Shown here: in pieces, positions 30,114-39,563 of the stretch | Layout: each line of letters starts with the position of its first letter | Numbering within the stretch: position 1 is the stretch's first letter | Source of the DNA: Bdellovibrionales bacterium | Lineage (GTDB): Bacteria; Bdellovibrionota; Bdellovibrionia; Bdellovibrionales; JAGQZY01 | DNA length: 64,000 nucleotides | Direction: 5' to 3' | Assembly (NCBI GenBank): GCA_964230645.1 | Contig: CAXRHT010000001.1 | Coordinates: 384,001-448,000, forward strand | Notes under the pieces: model-generated | Seen by the model: the letters and a program-made list of their open reading frames with translations, nothing else | Databases searched by the model: none | What the model was told of the DNA's origin: nothing | Made by a program: the position numbers and the translations under genes

Positions 30114-31208
30114 ATGAAATCCATTCTTGCTATCTTAACTTTTATTTTTAGCCACAGCTTAATGGCTGACCCGCTGCTACCACAGTCACCCGATGCGGAA
30201 ACATTAAAACAAATGGCACTTCATAATCAGGAGATGGCAAAATTTGAGCCTGTCACTTCAGAATTTGACCGTAATAAAGATGTACGGCCCTTTGCTGAGT
30301 ATCACGACACGGGTTACATATTTTTTAACGACGATGATTACCGTGGTTACGCCCGAGAAATCAAAGAAACCATCGCTCGTAAAATTCCATCAGATGTTAC
30401 TTTAGTGGTTTATTCGACTTCTTCTAATAAAAGTTACCTCGGTCAGCTGAAAAGCAAATACACCCAATTTATAGATCCGGCTCGCTTAGTGATCTTGCAG
30501 ATTCCTCGTAGTGGGTCCAATAATTTTTGGACAAGGGATAATCTTCCCCTACCCGTTTGGACCAACGACGACTTCACTCTGGTTGATGCTCGTTACTATT
30601 ACAACTTTGAGCCCGATGCTTTCCTAACGAATCTTTTCGCCTCCCTTGCAAGTAAGCACGATTACTTTTTTGAAGGTGGAAACTTTACCGCCAACGCTCG
30701 TGGAGAGTGTATTGTGGTCAACAGAAAGCGTTCTTATCCAGGAGGCATTTCTGATACCGCCGCCATCCCTGATGCTGTTTTTAGAAATCAATACGGCTGC
30801 AATAGACTCATTCGTTTCAAACACCTTAAAGGTATTGGTCACTCCGATGAGGTGGTTAAGTTCATGACTGATGACATTATTGTGACTGATACCCACGAGT
30901 ATGTGGCCGAACTTGAAGCTGCTGGCTATGAAGTTCATATGCTTCCTGAGCCTGATCGTCGCTTTGAAACTTATGTAAACTCTTTACAGGTCAACGACGT
31001 TCTTTTTGTTCCCGTGTTTGGAGAAGCTGGCGACAGCAAAGCCATTGAGGTCTACGAAAGCCTTAACCTAGGTCTTGAAATCGTCCCTATCAACACCAGA
31101 AACCTAGCCACCCGAGGACAGGGCGGAATTCACTGCATAACCATGAATTACCCTCCAGCCCCACTAGCTCAAATCGCAAGAAGTGTTGGCGGAACTCTCA
31201 TCCAATAG
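30114..31208 (+). CDS. Exported agmatine/peptidylarginine deiminase family protein
   Basis: WTRD, EGGN, GHSD, YVN and GGIHCIT catalytic motifs; N-terminal signal peptide. Confidence 0.85.
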   Translation: MKSILAILTFIFSHSLMADPLLPQSPDAETLKQMALHNQEMAKFEPVTSEFDRNKDVRPFAEYHDTGYIFFNDDDYRGYAREIKETIARKIPSDVTLVVYSTSSNKSYLGQLKSKYTQFIDPARLVILQIPRSGSNNFWTRDNLPLPVWTNDDFTLVDARYYYNFEPDAFLTNLFASLASKHDYFFEGGNFTANARGECIVVNRKRSYPGGISDTAAIPDAVFRNQYGCNRLIRFKHLKGIGHSDEVVKFMTDDIIVTDTHEYVAELEAAGYEVHMLPEPDRRFETYVNSLQVNDVLFVPVFGEAGDSKAIEVYESLNLGLEIVPINTRNLATRGQGGIHCITMNYPPAPLAQIARSVGGTLIQ

Positions 31209-31228
31209 TCAAAAAAATAAGAAGAAAC

Positions 31229-31258
31229 AAAAAAGGTCCCAGAAAGGACCTTTTTTTT
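31229..31258. terminator. Bidirectional rho-independent terminator
   Basis: A6-GGTCC-loop-GGACC-T8 between convergent genes. Confidence 0.8.
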
Positions 31259-31285
31259 GCCCCAAAGGGGCCTGCCTCTTTTTGC

Positions 31286-32113
31286 TTAGAGGGGCCAGGA
31301 GAAGTTGATGAAGTATGGCACTTTGACCCAGAAGAAATGGGTGTCATCAATTTGGAATTCTTCACCACTTTCCGTTCGTGATAGTGAATGAAAAGATGTG
31401 GAGCTGCCTCCATCCAAAGCCACTGCTTCTGTGGCTTTTAGCTCTGTAAGAAGAAAGCGTCTGATTTCGTTGAAACTAGCAAGCCTTGAGTAAAGAATCA
31501 GAACATCACCGCTTTGATCAATCGCCAGGATCATTCTCTCATCAAGTCGGTTTGGACTGTGCACCCCAGAAATGTAATCGGACCTTTGAATCAATCGAGG
31601 GGTAGCCTGGACAGCGACTCGGTGATTTTCTGATTCTTCATAACGCGAAGCCGGTGTGATATCACAAGAATTCTTACCACAATGAAAAACTCCACCTCTA
31701 TTGGAAAGCGGTCGACCAAGTGAAGTCGAGCCATCTTTTAAAAACAAGGTGGGCTCGGATGCTTTATTGAAATACGAGGCATTGATGCGAAGATTCCACG
31801 CTGGCATGTCGGTTCCCTTAAACTCCCCTCTTTTAGAAGTCTCTATGGAGAAGTCTACCGCTTGCGGGGAGAAGTGAGCCACCTGCACGTTTAGCCTTCT
31901 TTCTAGAGGAAGGCCGTCGCATTCTGTTTTTAGGTGACTAGAGATTTTATAGTCGACGATCTGCATGGAACTCACTTCGTCAATAAGCTCCTCATCTTCT
32001 ATAAGCACTTGGTAAGGAAAGCAGCTACTAGCCTGGGAATTTAACGAAAAAAAACAAACAAGTAGAGAAAGAGAAAATAAGGGTAAAATTGGCATACTCA
32101 GTGTCTTATTCAT
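31286..32113 (-). CDS. Phosphodiester glycosidase family protein (NAGPA/DUF2233-like), exported
   Basis: INASYF, QATPRLI, R.ILAI, AVALDGGSST motifs; signal peptide. Confidence 0.8.
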   Translation of the reverse strand: MNKTLSMPILPLFSLSLLVCFFSLNSQASSCFPYQVLIEDEELIDEVSSMQIVDYKISSHLKTECDGLPLERRLNVQVAHFSPQAVDFSIETSKRGEFKGTDMPAWNLRINASYFNKASEPTLFLKDGSTSLGRPLSNRGGVFHCGKNSCDITPASRYEESENHRVAVQATPRLIQRSDYISGVHSPNRLDERMILAIDQSGDVLILYSRLASFNEIRRFLLTELKATEAVALDGGSSTSFHSLSRTESGEEFQIDDTHFFWVKVPYFINFSWPL

Positions 32114-32137
32114 CTCTTCCTCCTCACTTATTAGCCC

Positions 32138-33697
32138 TTATTGAATAAAAGGTCTTACCTGTTTTAAATAAACCTGTCGTTGGCCAGAATCGAGGTCATC
32201 CACCTTGAATTCAATATCTAAGGGAACGGTTTGACCTTGATCGGTGGAAAAAATCGGCTGAAAGTGCTCGCTTGCTTTTAGACTTTGAAAAACAAGGTCT
32301 TTCACTTCCCCTTCATACATCACCTTATGGGGGTTGGCTGCTGGAAGAATGGTTTCCATATCATCGGCCACATTGGACTGACTGAGATAGTGGATTTGGT
32401 AGAGCTCTTTGTTTAAGGGCTCATTGGCATCGTAAAGCACCAAAATCTTCTCTGACTGTACACCGGGCTCTGGGTTGGCGACACTATGCTCATCCCCTCT
32501 CTGGGCCTCGATATAAACTCCAGCTCCACTGAATTGGTCATTCTCAGCTAAGTTCGCCGTTACTAAAACTCCATCCACTTCCTCGTTGCTGTAGGATGGA
32601 TTGACTTGAACACCCATATAGATTTCGTCGTGAGCAATTCCGAAAGCTTCTCTCTCTTCGTAAGCTCTCAGGTTCCAAACAGAGCCCCAGACTTCTTTTA
32701 ATGCCTCTTTTGCCTCTTTGAGTTTTTTCTTTTGTGAGCGCTCCTCGCCATCTTTCATAGGCTTATAAGACTTGGAGGAATAAAGGCCAGCACCATTGAA
32801 GTTAGGAAGATCTTCTGCGTTGGTAGAACTTCTAAACTTCATTTTCATTTTTTCGCCACTGGGGGAAACAAAATCATCTAATTTTGCGACCAAAAGGCTT
32901 AAAAAATCCTCGTCAATAACAGTCACGTCGGATTCAATAAGTTCCCTGATAACTTTTAATTTCTCATCACGATATTTGGTCGCCGAAACACGTCTCATTA
33001 GGGGGTCACGTAAAAGACCTTTGATGGCATCCTTTAAAATGGGGTTATCCTCAACAAACTGAGCGTAATAGAAAAATGGAATGGCCATTGAGGGGCGAAC
33101 CACTTCTCGCTCAGGGGTGTTCAAAGCGTAAGCGAGTTCAGCGTAGTTAGCCGCTTTCGATCCGACTTTGCTAAAATCCTGCCAACTGAGATCAGGCATC
33201 AAAAAAACTTGCTGTGTGTTGAGATCACTCACTAGCTCAATTTTCTCAGACCCAGCCACCTTCTGTTGATAAAAACTTTTCGCCTGGTTCTCATCGGAGG
33301 CGGAAACCGTGATGTTTCCATCGGCAAGGGCTACTAAATGGATGAAGTCTCCATCCCCAAAGCCTTCAAATATTGGATTCGACATTCCACCTTCAAGGGC
33401 TGAGATATCAACGTTGGGTATTTTTCTAGCGCGCGCTTTTATTTGCACGTGGGACAAAAGGCCCTGATTCATCAAAGTAATGGCACCAGCCACCACTGAC
33501 ATATTAAAAGGCATCTCTGCAAAAACAGGGATAGATATAGGAGAAAGACTTTCGTACTTATCGGACTCCTCAAGTATATCCTCGGCACTTAAGAAAACCA
33601 ATTGCCCATGGGCCTCTCCTGGATTCATAACTCTGGCTTGGCCAAAGACATTGAAAGAAATAAAAAGGGCTAAAACCCCTAAAGCTATTTTGTTCAT
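32138..33697 (-). CDS. Exported dikinase-like protein: N-terminal phospho-His swivel domain + PEP synthase/PPDK-type ATP-grasp domain
   Basis: Signal peptide; GAIT...GLLSHVQIKARARKIPN (His swivel); VGSKAANY, RSSTNAEDLPNFNGAGLYSS, VWGSVW, DIEFK, LKQVRP. Confidence 0.85.
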   Translation of the reverse strand: MNKIALGVLALFISFNVFGQARVMNPGEAHGQLVFLSAEDILEESDKYESLSPISIPVFAEMPFNMSVVAGAITLMNQGLLSHVQIKARARKIPNVDISALEGGMSNPIFEGFGDGDFIHLVALADGNITVSASDENQAKSFYQQKVAGSEKIELVSDLNTQQVFLMPDLSWQDFSKVGSKAANYAELAYALNTPEREVVRPSMAIPFFYYAQFVEDNPILKDAIKGLLRDPLMRRVSATKYRDEKLKVIRELIESDVTVIDEDFLSLLVAKLDDFVSPSGEKMKMKFRSSTNAEDLPNFNGAGLYSSKSYKPMKDGEERSQKKKLKEAKEALKEVWGSVWNLRAYEEREAFGIAHDEIYMGVQVNPSYSNEEVDGVLVTANLAENDQFSGAGVYIEAQRGDEHSVANPEPGVQSEKILVLYDANEPLNKELYQIHYLSQSNVADDMETILPAANPHKVMYEGEVKDLVFQSLKASEHFQPIFSTDQGQTVPLDIEFKVDDLDSGQRQVYLKQVRPFIQ

Positions 33698-33698
33698 A

Positions 33699-35072
33699 TT
33701 AATTTCCTTTGTTCAAAATGACTGAAACTGAATTTAATGAGGAAGACTTCAACACATCATCACGAAACTGCTGCACTCCAGACTGACCACTGGCTTGGGA
33801 CCAGGCCGTCACTGTACTTAAAAACACATCATCCATTGTCATTGCAGCAACATCGATCACATCGACTAAAGTTGATGAAAGCGCCTCACTGTCACCAGAG
33901 CTCAGTTCGTCGTAAAAATAAGCCCAGTTATCCTCAATGAGAAAACCTTCGATAAATATAAGATTGAGTAAAGTTTGCGCCAATTCAGAGGACTCCACTT
34001 TCTCAAACTTTATAACCTCTTTATTAATAAAGTCTGTGGCACTAACGATTGTCGCTAAGGCCTTGGCTTTCTTGGTCCAGGCGACAGCACTTGTACTTAA
34101 AGCTTTTTTACTTTCCACAGCTGTTTGCGATAGCAGAAAAAGAGTTTTAACACTAACTCCTTGCTCCTCTACTGTTTGCGCCGCACCTACTAGGTCGGTG
34201 AGCCCTGAGGCATTGGCCAATTCTTTAATTTTTCCGGCATCGGCCTGAAAGTACTCGCTTAACATGCGGTGAATTTCCTGCAAATAGGTGTTGCCATTAG
34301 CCGCATACCAGGGGTTTTCTTCCAGATAGATTTCAATCATTGGCAAGACATTTTCTGATAAGTTGTTGTGAATGGCATTACGGATTTTGTAGAGGCCTCT
34401 TACCCGAGAATCAGAAGCCCCCCAGCGATTCACAAAATAATCGTAGGCCACTTTGATCATATCACGGCTTTTTTCAAGAGAAGACGAGTTGGTAATGGGA
34501 CTTTGTTTTGCCAATAGATATACAGGCAAAAATTGGAAGGAATCCTCAACAAAACTCAAATAATAACTGAAATAGTAATTGGCATATTCTTGCTCAAACT
34601 CTGAACCAGCGATCCCTCTTGTATTGAATCCACGAGTGATTCCTGAGTCTGGAAATTTAGATATGTAATATTTCTCAAGCACCCAGTGTTTTACAATTTC
34701 AACAGATTCACTCATCCTGGAGGCTCCCACTGACATAAGAGCCTCATGATCTAAAGAAAATGATTGAGCACCGTCAAAAATCGTCTCGCTCATAAGGTTG
34801 TAGTAATTTGTAGTAAATAGGTTACCGGTATAAAAGCCATGCTCTGTAGCAAGAGTTTCAGCCACCTCGTTTCTATAGGCCGCCTGAAAAAGAAAGTCAC
34901 CAGAAGGAGCGCCTGATAAAACTTTCGAACGCCCTCTTGTCCCTTGTAGATAATTGTAGCCAAAGGGGCCTTTCCTTGTATTTTCAATTTCACTGAAAAT
35001 TGATTCTGGACTTGCAGCTACAGTCGATGTGGCGAGCATTAGAATAAAAGTAAGTACAATTCGATACATCAT
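33699..35072 (-). CDS. Hypothetical exported, probably largely alpha-helical protein
   Basis: 457-aa ORF, signal peptide, ends 1 bp from the dikinase start. Confidence 0.8.
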   Translation of the reverse strand: MMYRIVLTFILMLATSTVAASPESIFSEIENTRKGPFGYNYLQGTRGRSKVLSGAPSGDFLFQAAYRNEVAETLATEHGFYTGNLFTTNYYNLMSETIFDGAQSFSLDHEALMSVGASRMSESVEIVKHWVLEKYYISKFPDSGITRGFNTRGIAGSEFEQEYANYYFSYYLSFVEDSFQFLPVYLLAKQSPITNSSSLEKSRDMIKVAYDYFVNRWGASDSRVRGLYKIRNAIHNNLSENVLPMIEIYLEENPWYAANGNTYLQEIHRMLSEYFQADAGKIKELANASGLTDLVGAAQTVEEQGVSVKTLFLLSQTAVESKKALSTSAVAWTKKAKALATIVSATDFINKEVIKFEKVESSELAQTLLNLIFIEGFLIEDNWAYFYDELSSGDSEALSSTLVDVIDVAAMTMDDVFLSTVTAWSQASGQSGVQQFRDDVLKSSSLNSVSVILNKGN

Positions 35073-35078
35073 ATTTCC

Positions 35079-36917
35079 TTAGTCAATAAGTTCTAGGACT
35101 TCTTGTTTTTCTTGTTCAAAGGCGTCTTTCCCACAGTCCTCACTGTTGGAGGTGGGCGCACAGCCTTTCACACGTCCCATCAAACGAACAAGGCGCATGC
35201 CCTTTGTTGAGTTTCCGCTCGATTGCATCCCAGAGGTCGTAATGGGACTATAAAATTGCACTTTGTCTCTTTCGTAAGTTTGCTCATAAAGCGGGAAAAC
35301 CCCTTGAGCCACAAATGAGGTTTTTACTCTTTTTTCTTTAAGATCCATATAGGAAGGAAAAGAAAGGCTTGGGTCAACGAATTCAAACTGCCCTGAGACA
35401 GAGTTAAATTCAAACACACGATTATCGCCATAGAGTTCTTGATAAAATTCGTATTTATCATCCATTCCAATATTAAGATCCTTTCCATCTCTTTTTGAGA
35501 GGCCACTGGAACCTTGAGTGTCGTAACTGATCATATACTCAACACCAATCACTTCGAGAGTTCCGTCACCATCGATGTCGTAAAGATCAAAATCCTCGGA
35601 ATCGTTTCCAAATTGGAAAACCTGTTTCATTTTGTCGTTTTCAACGGGCATCAAATGCCTCATTTCCCAAACGTGCCCGAGAGCCAACCGCAAGCAGCCG
35701 CTTGAAACTCCTCCCCGTTTTACTGCCCAGAAATGCTCATGTTCAGAGGGAGCATTGAGAAGCTCTTTAATTTCTCTATTAAAGTTTGATCCATAAAAGC
35801 GAACGGCTGGATTATGAAAACCATTGCCGATTCCTTCGAAATCCATCTTGGGAGCCCAGCCATAGTAAGGCTCTTTTCTAATATGATCGACTTCATGATA
35901 GGAGCGATCTAAGAAAGGCCATAAACCCGGAGTTGCAAAACGAGGAATACGATTGCCAAATTTATCTTTGGTAGTACCCTTATAACTCCCTGTCGGATAA
36001 ACCGCAGAAAACTCAGGATAAGTAAGATAACACTGAGAACCCTCGCAGTGGATCGGCTCTCTCCACTCTCCATTAGCCCCTAAAGTTTTAAACTTAAATT
36101 TTTGTTCAGTCAGTGTGGTGAAAAGGCTTAGAGCTTGAGCTTGAAACTCCGCTTCGGCTTCAGAGAGAGCTAGATTAGCCAAAGCTTGCAAATCTTCGAC
36201 AAGCTCGTCTGTCGGCTCCTCGGTATAATTTATTCGCCCCCAAACGAGAGTGTTGATGGCCTGAATAGTCTCCTCACTTCGACGAGTAAGGACTGATTCA
36301 ACAGAGTCTCCGTCGAGAATTTGTGAGAGTGTCTTTTTCCAGCGTGTGAACTCAGCATTGAGATCAAGATTGACAAAGAAAACACGCTCGGTATTAAGTT
36401 GTTTAACGAGTTTTAAGCTCTCTTGATAGAGCTCTTTGTCGTTCAAATTGCCTTGTCTATAGGATTGAGTCAGAGTTTTTATTTGATAAACAGGAGAATC
36501 AATCACGCTTTGAAAATGACTCAGTTGCGGTAGAAGTGAAGCATCTTCAGGATTGATATCCAGGGCAGGACGTTGGCCGTCTTGAGAGGTGGTCATTTCC
36601 TGGTAAAAAGAAGATCTCGCTTCAAGATCAAAAAGATAATCCATAATTGTTTTTTCATCCAGGAGAACACTCACTCGCGTCTGGTTTCCACGTGAAGTCC
36701 GAATGTGAATTCTCTCGGGAGACTGACTTCTTGGAGCAAAGCCTGTGTAAAAACTGGGATAGTAGTGGCTGATTCTTCCTTCTCCACCTTTCCAGCTTGT
36801 ACCCCAGATAAGCAACGAACTGTTGTACTGCTCTAAAGGAGTTTGGCTTTGAGCCCATTGGACGTTAGATAAAATTAGGACAAATAAAAATACCTGTTTT
36901 AGGTAAAACATAGACAC
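35079..36917 (-). CDS. Hypothetical exported protein with possible divergent L,D-transpeptidase (YkuD)-like motif
   Basis: 612-aa ORF, signal peptide; GNGFH...VSSGCLRL resembles H...SHGCIR; function call is weak. Confidence 0.6.
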   Translation of the reverse strand: MSMFYLKQVFLFVLILSNVQWAQSQTPLEQYNSSLLIWGTSWKGGEGRISHYYPSFYTGFAPRSQSPERIHIRTSRGNQTRVSVLLDEKTIMDYLFDLEARSSFYQEMTTSQDGQRPALDINPEDASLLPQLSHFQSVIDSPVYQIKTLTQSYRQGNLNDKELYQESLKLVKQLNTERVFFVNLDLNAEFTRWKKTLSQILDGDSVESVLTRRSEETIQAINTLVWGRINYTEEPTDELVEDLQALANLALSEAEAEFQAQALSLFTTLTEQKFKFKTLGANGEWREPIHCEGSQCYLTYPEFSAVYPTGSYKGTTKDKFGNRIPRFATPGLWPFLDRSYHEVDHIRKEPYYGWAPKMDFEGIGNGFHNPAVRFYGSNFNREIKELLNAPSEHEHFWAVKRGGVSSGCLRLALGHVWEMRHLMPVENDKMKQVFQFGNDSEDFDLYDIDGDGTLEVIGVEYMISYDTQGSSGLSKRDGKDLNIGMDDKYEFYQELYGDNRVFEFNSVSGQFEFVDPSLSFPSYMDLKEKRVKTSFVAQGVFPLYEQTYERDKVQFYSPITTSGMQSSGNSTKGMRLVRLMGRVKGCAPTSNSEDCGKDAFEQEKQEVLELID

Positions 36918-37103
36918 CTCTTTTAGTATTAGGCGTCATATATCTTGTCGACGAGTCACATGATATGAATAATCATTAAAGAGTATATTTTTCATGTTCG
37001 TTGGGCCTGGTTTTTCTTTTTTATTTCGAAGACTTAGAAAAATACCGTCGTTCTTTTTTTTAAGGATGGATTAAAGTCTAAAAGACTTTTTCCTTAAACG
37101 ATT

Positions 37104-37898
37104 CTACTCAGCTTTTAGAAAGGCCGGCAGAGCTCCAGAAAAATCATTCTTTTCTAAGTAAAGGGACTCTTCAAGACTCTTCTCATATTTTGAAAACGAA
37201 CGGCGATTAAGACCAAAGGTTCGAATCAAATCGGCCATCCAGCAGGGCACTTGCCTACCAGCTTTGAGCTCTAAAATCACAGAAGAGAAGGACTCACCAA
37301 AAACAGAGGTTACGTCGTAGTGACACATCTTTTTAGGATCCGGCTGAACTGTGAAGCCAGGTTCTTTTTGGTAGCAAAGGTCTCTATCAAAAGTCACACG
37401 GGCGTACTCATCCACTCTGGAGAAAAAGGCAAGACGATAATATTGAGTCAGAATTTTAGGTTCGACGTTGAGGATACTAAAGCTATGAAAAAACTTTTGA
37501 AAATTTCCTTCATCAGAGACCTTCAAAAGATCATAGTTTTGCCTTCCGGCAAGGATATCCGCCCATTCTTGAAAGCTTGTTTTCGAACGAAGCTTATCGA
37601 CCATATCACCATGTTTACATTTTTTTTCAAAGAAATAGGGAGGCTGACTGCCATCGCCGTACGAGCGTACTCGTAAATTAAAGCGGTTAAATCTTTTTAC
37701 CTTTTTGTTTTTAAGAAGATCGAAATTGAAGGTATCCAGGTAAAGACTATTAACCTGGTAATAACCATCGGGGGATTTTTTTGAAAAAGGATCTTGTTCG
37801 CAGTAGACTTTGATGTAGTCACAAATGGGTTGAACCATTTCAATGGGGATTGAGTATTTAAGCTCTCGGCGGACAAGACGAGTCTCTCGATCAAACAA
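37104..37898 (-). CDS. VTC (CYTH-superfamily) polyphosphate polymerase domain protein
   Basis: RRELKY, VNSLYLDT, RFNLRVRSY, FFEKKCK, YYRLAF, RVTFDRDL, ILELK, FSKY; GAGGTG RBS. Confidence 0.9.
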   Translation of the reverse strand: MFDRETRLVRRELKYSIPIEMVQPICDYIKVYCEQDPFSKKSPDGYYQVNSLYLDTFNFDLLKNKKVKRFNRFNLRVRSYGDGSQPPYFFEKKCKHGDMVDKLRSKTSFQEWADILAGRQNYDLLKVSDEGNFQKFFHSFSILNVEPKILTQYYRLAFFSRVDEYARVTFDRDLCYQKEPGFTVQPDPKKMCHYDVTSVFGESFSSVILELKAGRQVPCWMADLIRTFGLNRRSFSKYEKSLEESLYLEKNDFSGALPAFLKAE

Positions 37899-37980
37899 TT
37901 TGTCACCTCTTGGACAGGAAACTAACTGAATCTTGACATAAACCTCAAGCTGTTCCCTTGGTATTGAATATTTTTCAGCT

Positions 37981-38007
37981 AAAAAAAAGCCTCCTTACGG
38001 AGGCTTT
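37981..38007 (-). terminator. Rho-independent terminator downstream of the kinase-like gene
   Basis: AAAGCCTCC-ttac-GGAGGCTTT hairpin with an A-run (U-tail on the minus strand). Confidence 0.8.
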
Positions 38008-38019
38008 ACAATTCAGAAA

Positions 38020-39549
38020 TTAAAGAGCGGAGCAATCAAGAGACTCCATCTGAACGCCATCGCGTGGAAAGTTATCCACGTCGTTAAGGTCAAATTGGAT
38101 CTCTGGACACTGGGCTCTTAATTTTTCGGCCACATTGTGAGTTCTCTCTACAAAACTCTCCAATGTCTTCTCATTAAGGTTTAAGTTCGTGGCCATCCAC
38201 TGATAAATGGGTCCTGCGGCTTGCAGGTCACGATCGAGCTCCATGAGCTTTTCATAGGTTTTTGTCGCCATATGATGAATATCCTCAAGCCAATCCGCTC
38301 TTTCTGGAAAATTGGCGTATTTACCAATCGTCGCTCCAGGGTATCCGCTGTAATCTCTTAGGCCAGCATCGTTATCGTTGAGGAAGGTTCTTTGAATAAG
38401 GACAGGTTCCGAACCAGGCTTAATGTCAGCCACCCAATCTTCCTCGGGTAAAGTAATTCCTGAGGCCGCCATTTCCTCACGACTCATCTCTTCGAATTCG
38501 TCTCTCTTCTCGCGCTTGTCTTTCACTTTGTCGTCGATCGTTTCGTAATTCCAGTACCAACGATAATCGATGTTTCCAACTCGGTCTTGCTGACCAAAAA
38601 TAGAATCAAGAACGATCATTTCTGACATTTCTCTCATCCAAAAAAGCATCTGTAAGGCGGGAACATCCCCTAGGGAATTAGCCATCTCACGAGAGGAAGC
38701 CTTTGCTTTTGCCACACCTTCTTCAACAGCTTCTAAAAGTGGTTTATCACTTCTTAGTGCGATAAAGGGGGCTACGTCATCACGCAACTGCTTGTGCTGA
38801 CCTGTTCCCCAGGAAGCTGTGCGAGTGGAGTTAATTTCAGCTCCGTAGCGCTCTCCTGGCCCCTTGATAAGAACACCATAGATTTTTGCGCCATCGGCGG
38901 TTACAAGCTCTTCTGTGGGTGAGTAATCCTCTGGATTTTGCCCAACGATATCAAGCCATCTCCAACCATTGTGAACCTTTTGACCTGAGCGAGTGTTTGC
39001 TAACCCCACAGGAACCACGTTTTCATAAATATACTGACGGTCTATCTCTCTATAGACAGAGACTGGGACTTTGATCTTCGTATCCAGAAGTCTAGAAACA
39101 TGATAGTAAGCTAACGATGATGGCGAATACGTTCCGCTGGTGCCACCGCCAAGGCTTGAGCTTCCCTGGTTCATAGAAACTTTAAACTTAGCGAGGTTAT
39201 CGACATCCTCCCCCTCGTCTTTTTGCCCGCAGTACTCTGAGCTCATGTACTCCTCTTTACTCATACCACTTTCACTGATTTCACGGACCATTGTGGCAGG
39301 GCTTGTGCTCCAAGTCTTTGGGCAAACCGCAAAATTCGGTGCGTAGATATTAGCGCTACAGAATTCGATTTCGTCTTCTAAATCGTCTTTATCGTAATCT
39401 CCCCCTGGAATTTGAGGCAAAGAACGGCAAACCTCATTCACTCCATTGGGAGAAACATAGGTCATTTCAAAACCGTGTGCTGAAGCTTCTATGGCACCTA
39501 ATAGACTGATTGTTAAAACTGATATTATAAATTTCATCTTATCATCCAT
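38020..39549 (-). CDS. Exported atypical protein-kinase-fold protein (Fam20/Four-jointed/CotH-like)
   Basis: AKFK (beta3 Lys), AYYHVSRLLD...VPVSVYR, LDSIFGQQDRVGN (catalytic DR), LNDNDAG (metal-binding Asp); signal peptide; paired Cys. Confidence 0.7.
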   Translation of the reverse strand: MDDKMKFIISVLTISLLGAIEASAHGFEMTYVSPNGVNEVCRSLPQIPGGDYDKDDLEDEIEFCSANIYAPNFAVCPKTWSTSPATMVREISESGMSKEEYMSSEYCGQKDEGEDVDNLAKFKVSMNQGSSSLGGGTSGTYSPSSLAYYHVSRLLDTKIKVPVSVYREIDRQYIYENVVPVGLANTRSGQKVHNGWRWLDIVGQNPEDYSPTEELVTADGAKIYGVLIKGPGERYGAEINSTRTASWGTGQHKQLRDDVAPFIALRSDKPLLEAVEEGVAKAKASSREMANSLGDVPALQMLFWMREMSEMIVLDSIFGQQDRVGNIDYRWYWNYETIDDKVKDKREKRDEFEEMSREEMAASGITLPEEDWVADIKPGSEPVLIQRTFLNDNDAGLRDYSGYPGATIGKYANFPERADWLEDIHHMATKTYEKLMELDRDLQAAGPIYQWMATNLNLNEKTLESFVERTHNVAEKLRAQCPEIQFDLNDVDNFPRDGVQMESLDCSAL

Positions 39550-39563
39550 TTGTTAGTGTGAAA

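Noticed and set aside
32138..33697. Calling this gene ppsA or ppdK
   Set aside because: No pyruvate-binding C-terminal domain, permuted domain order, and a signal peptide
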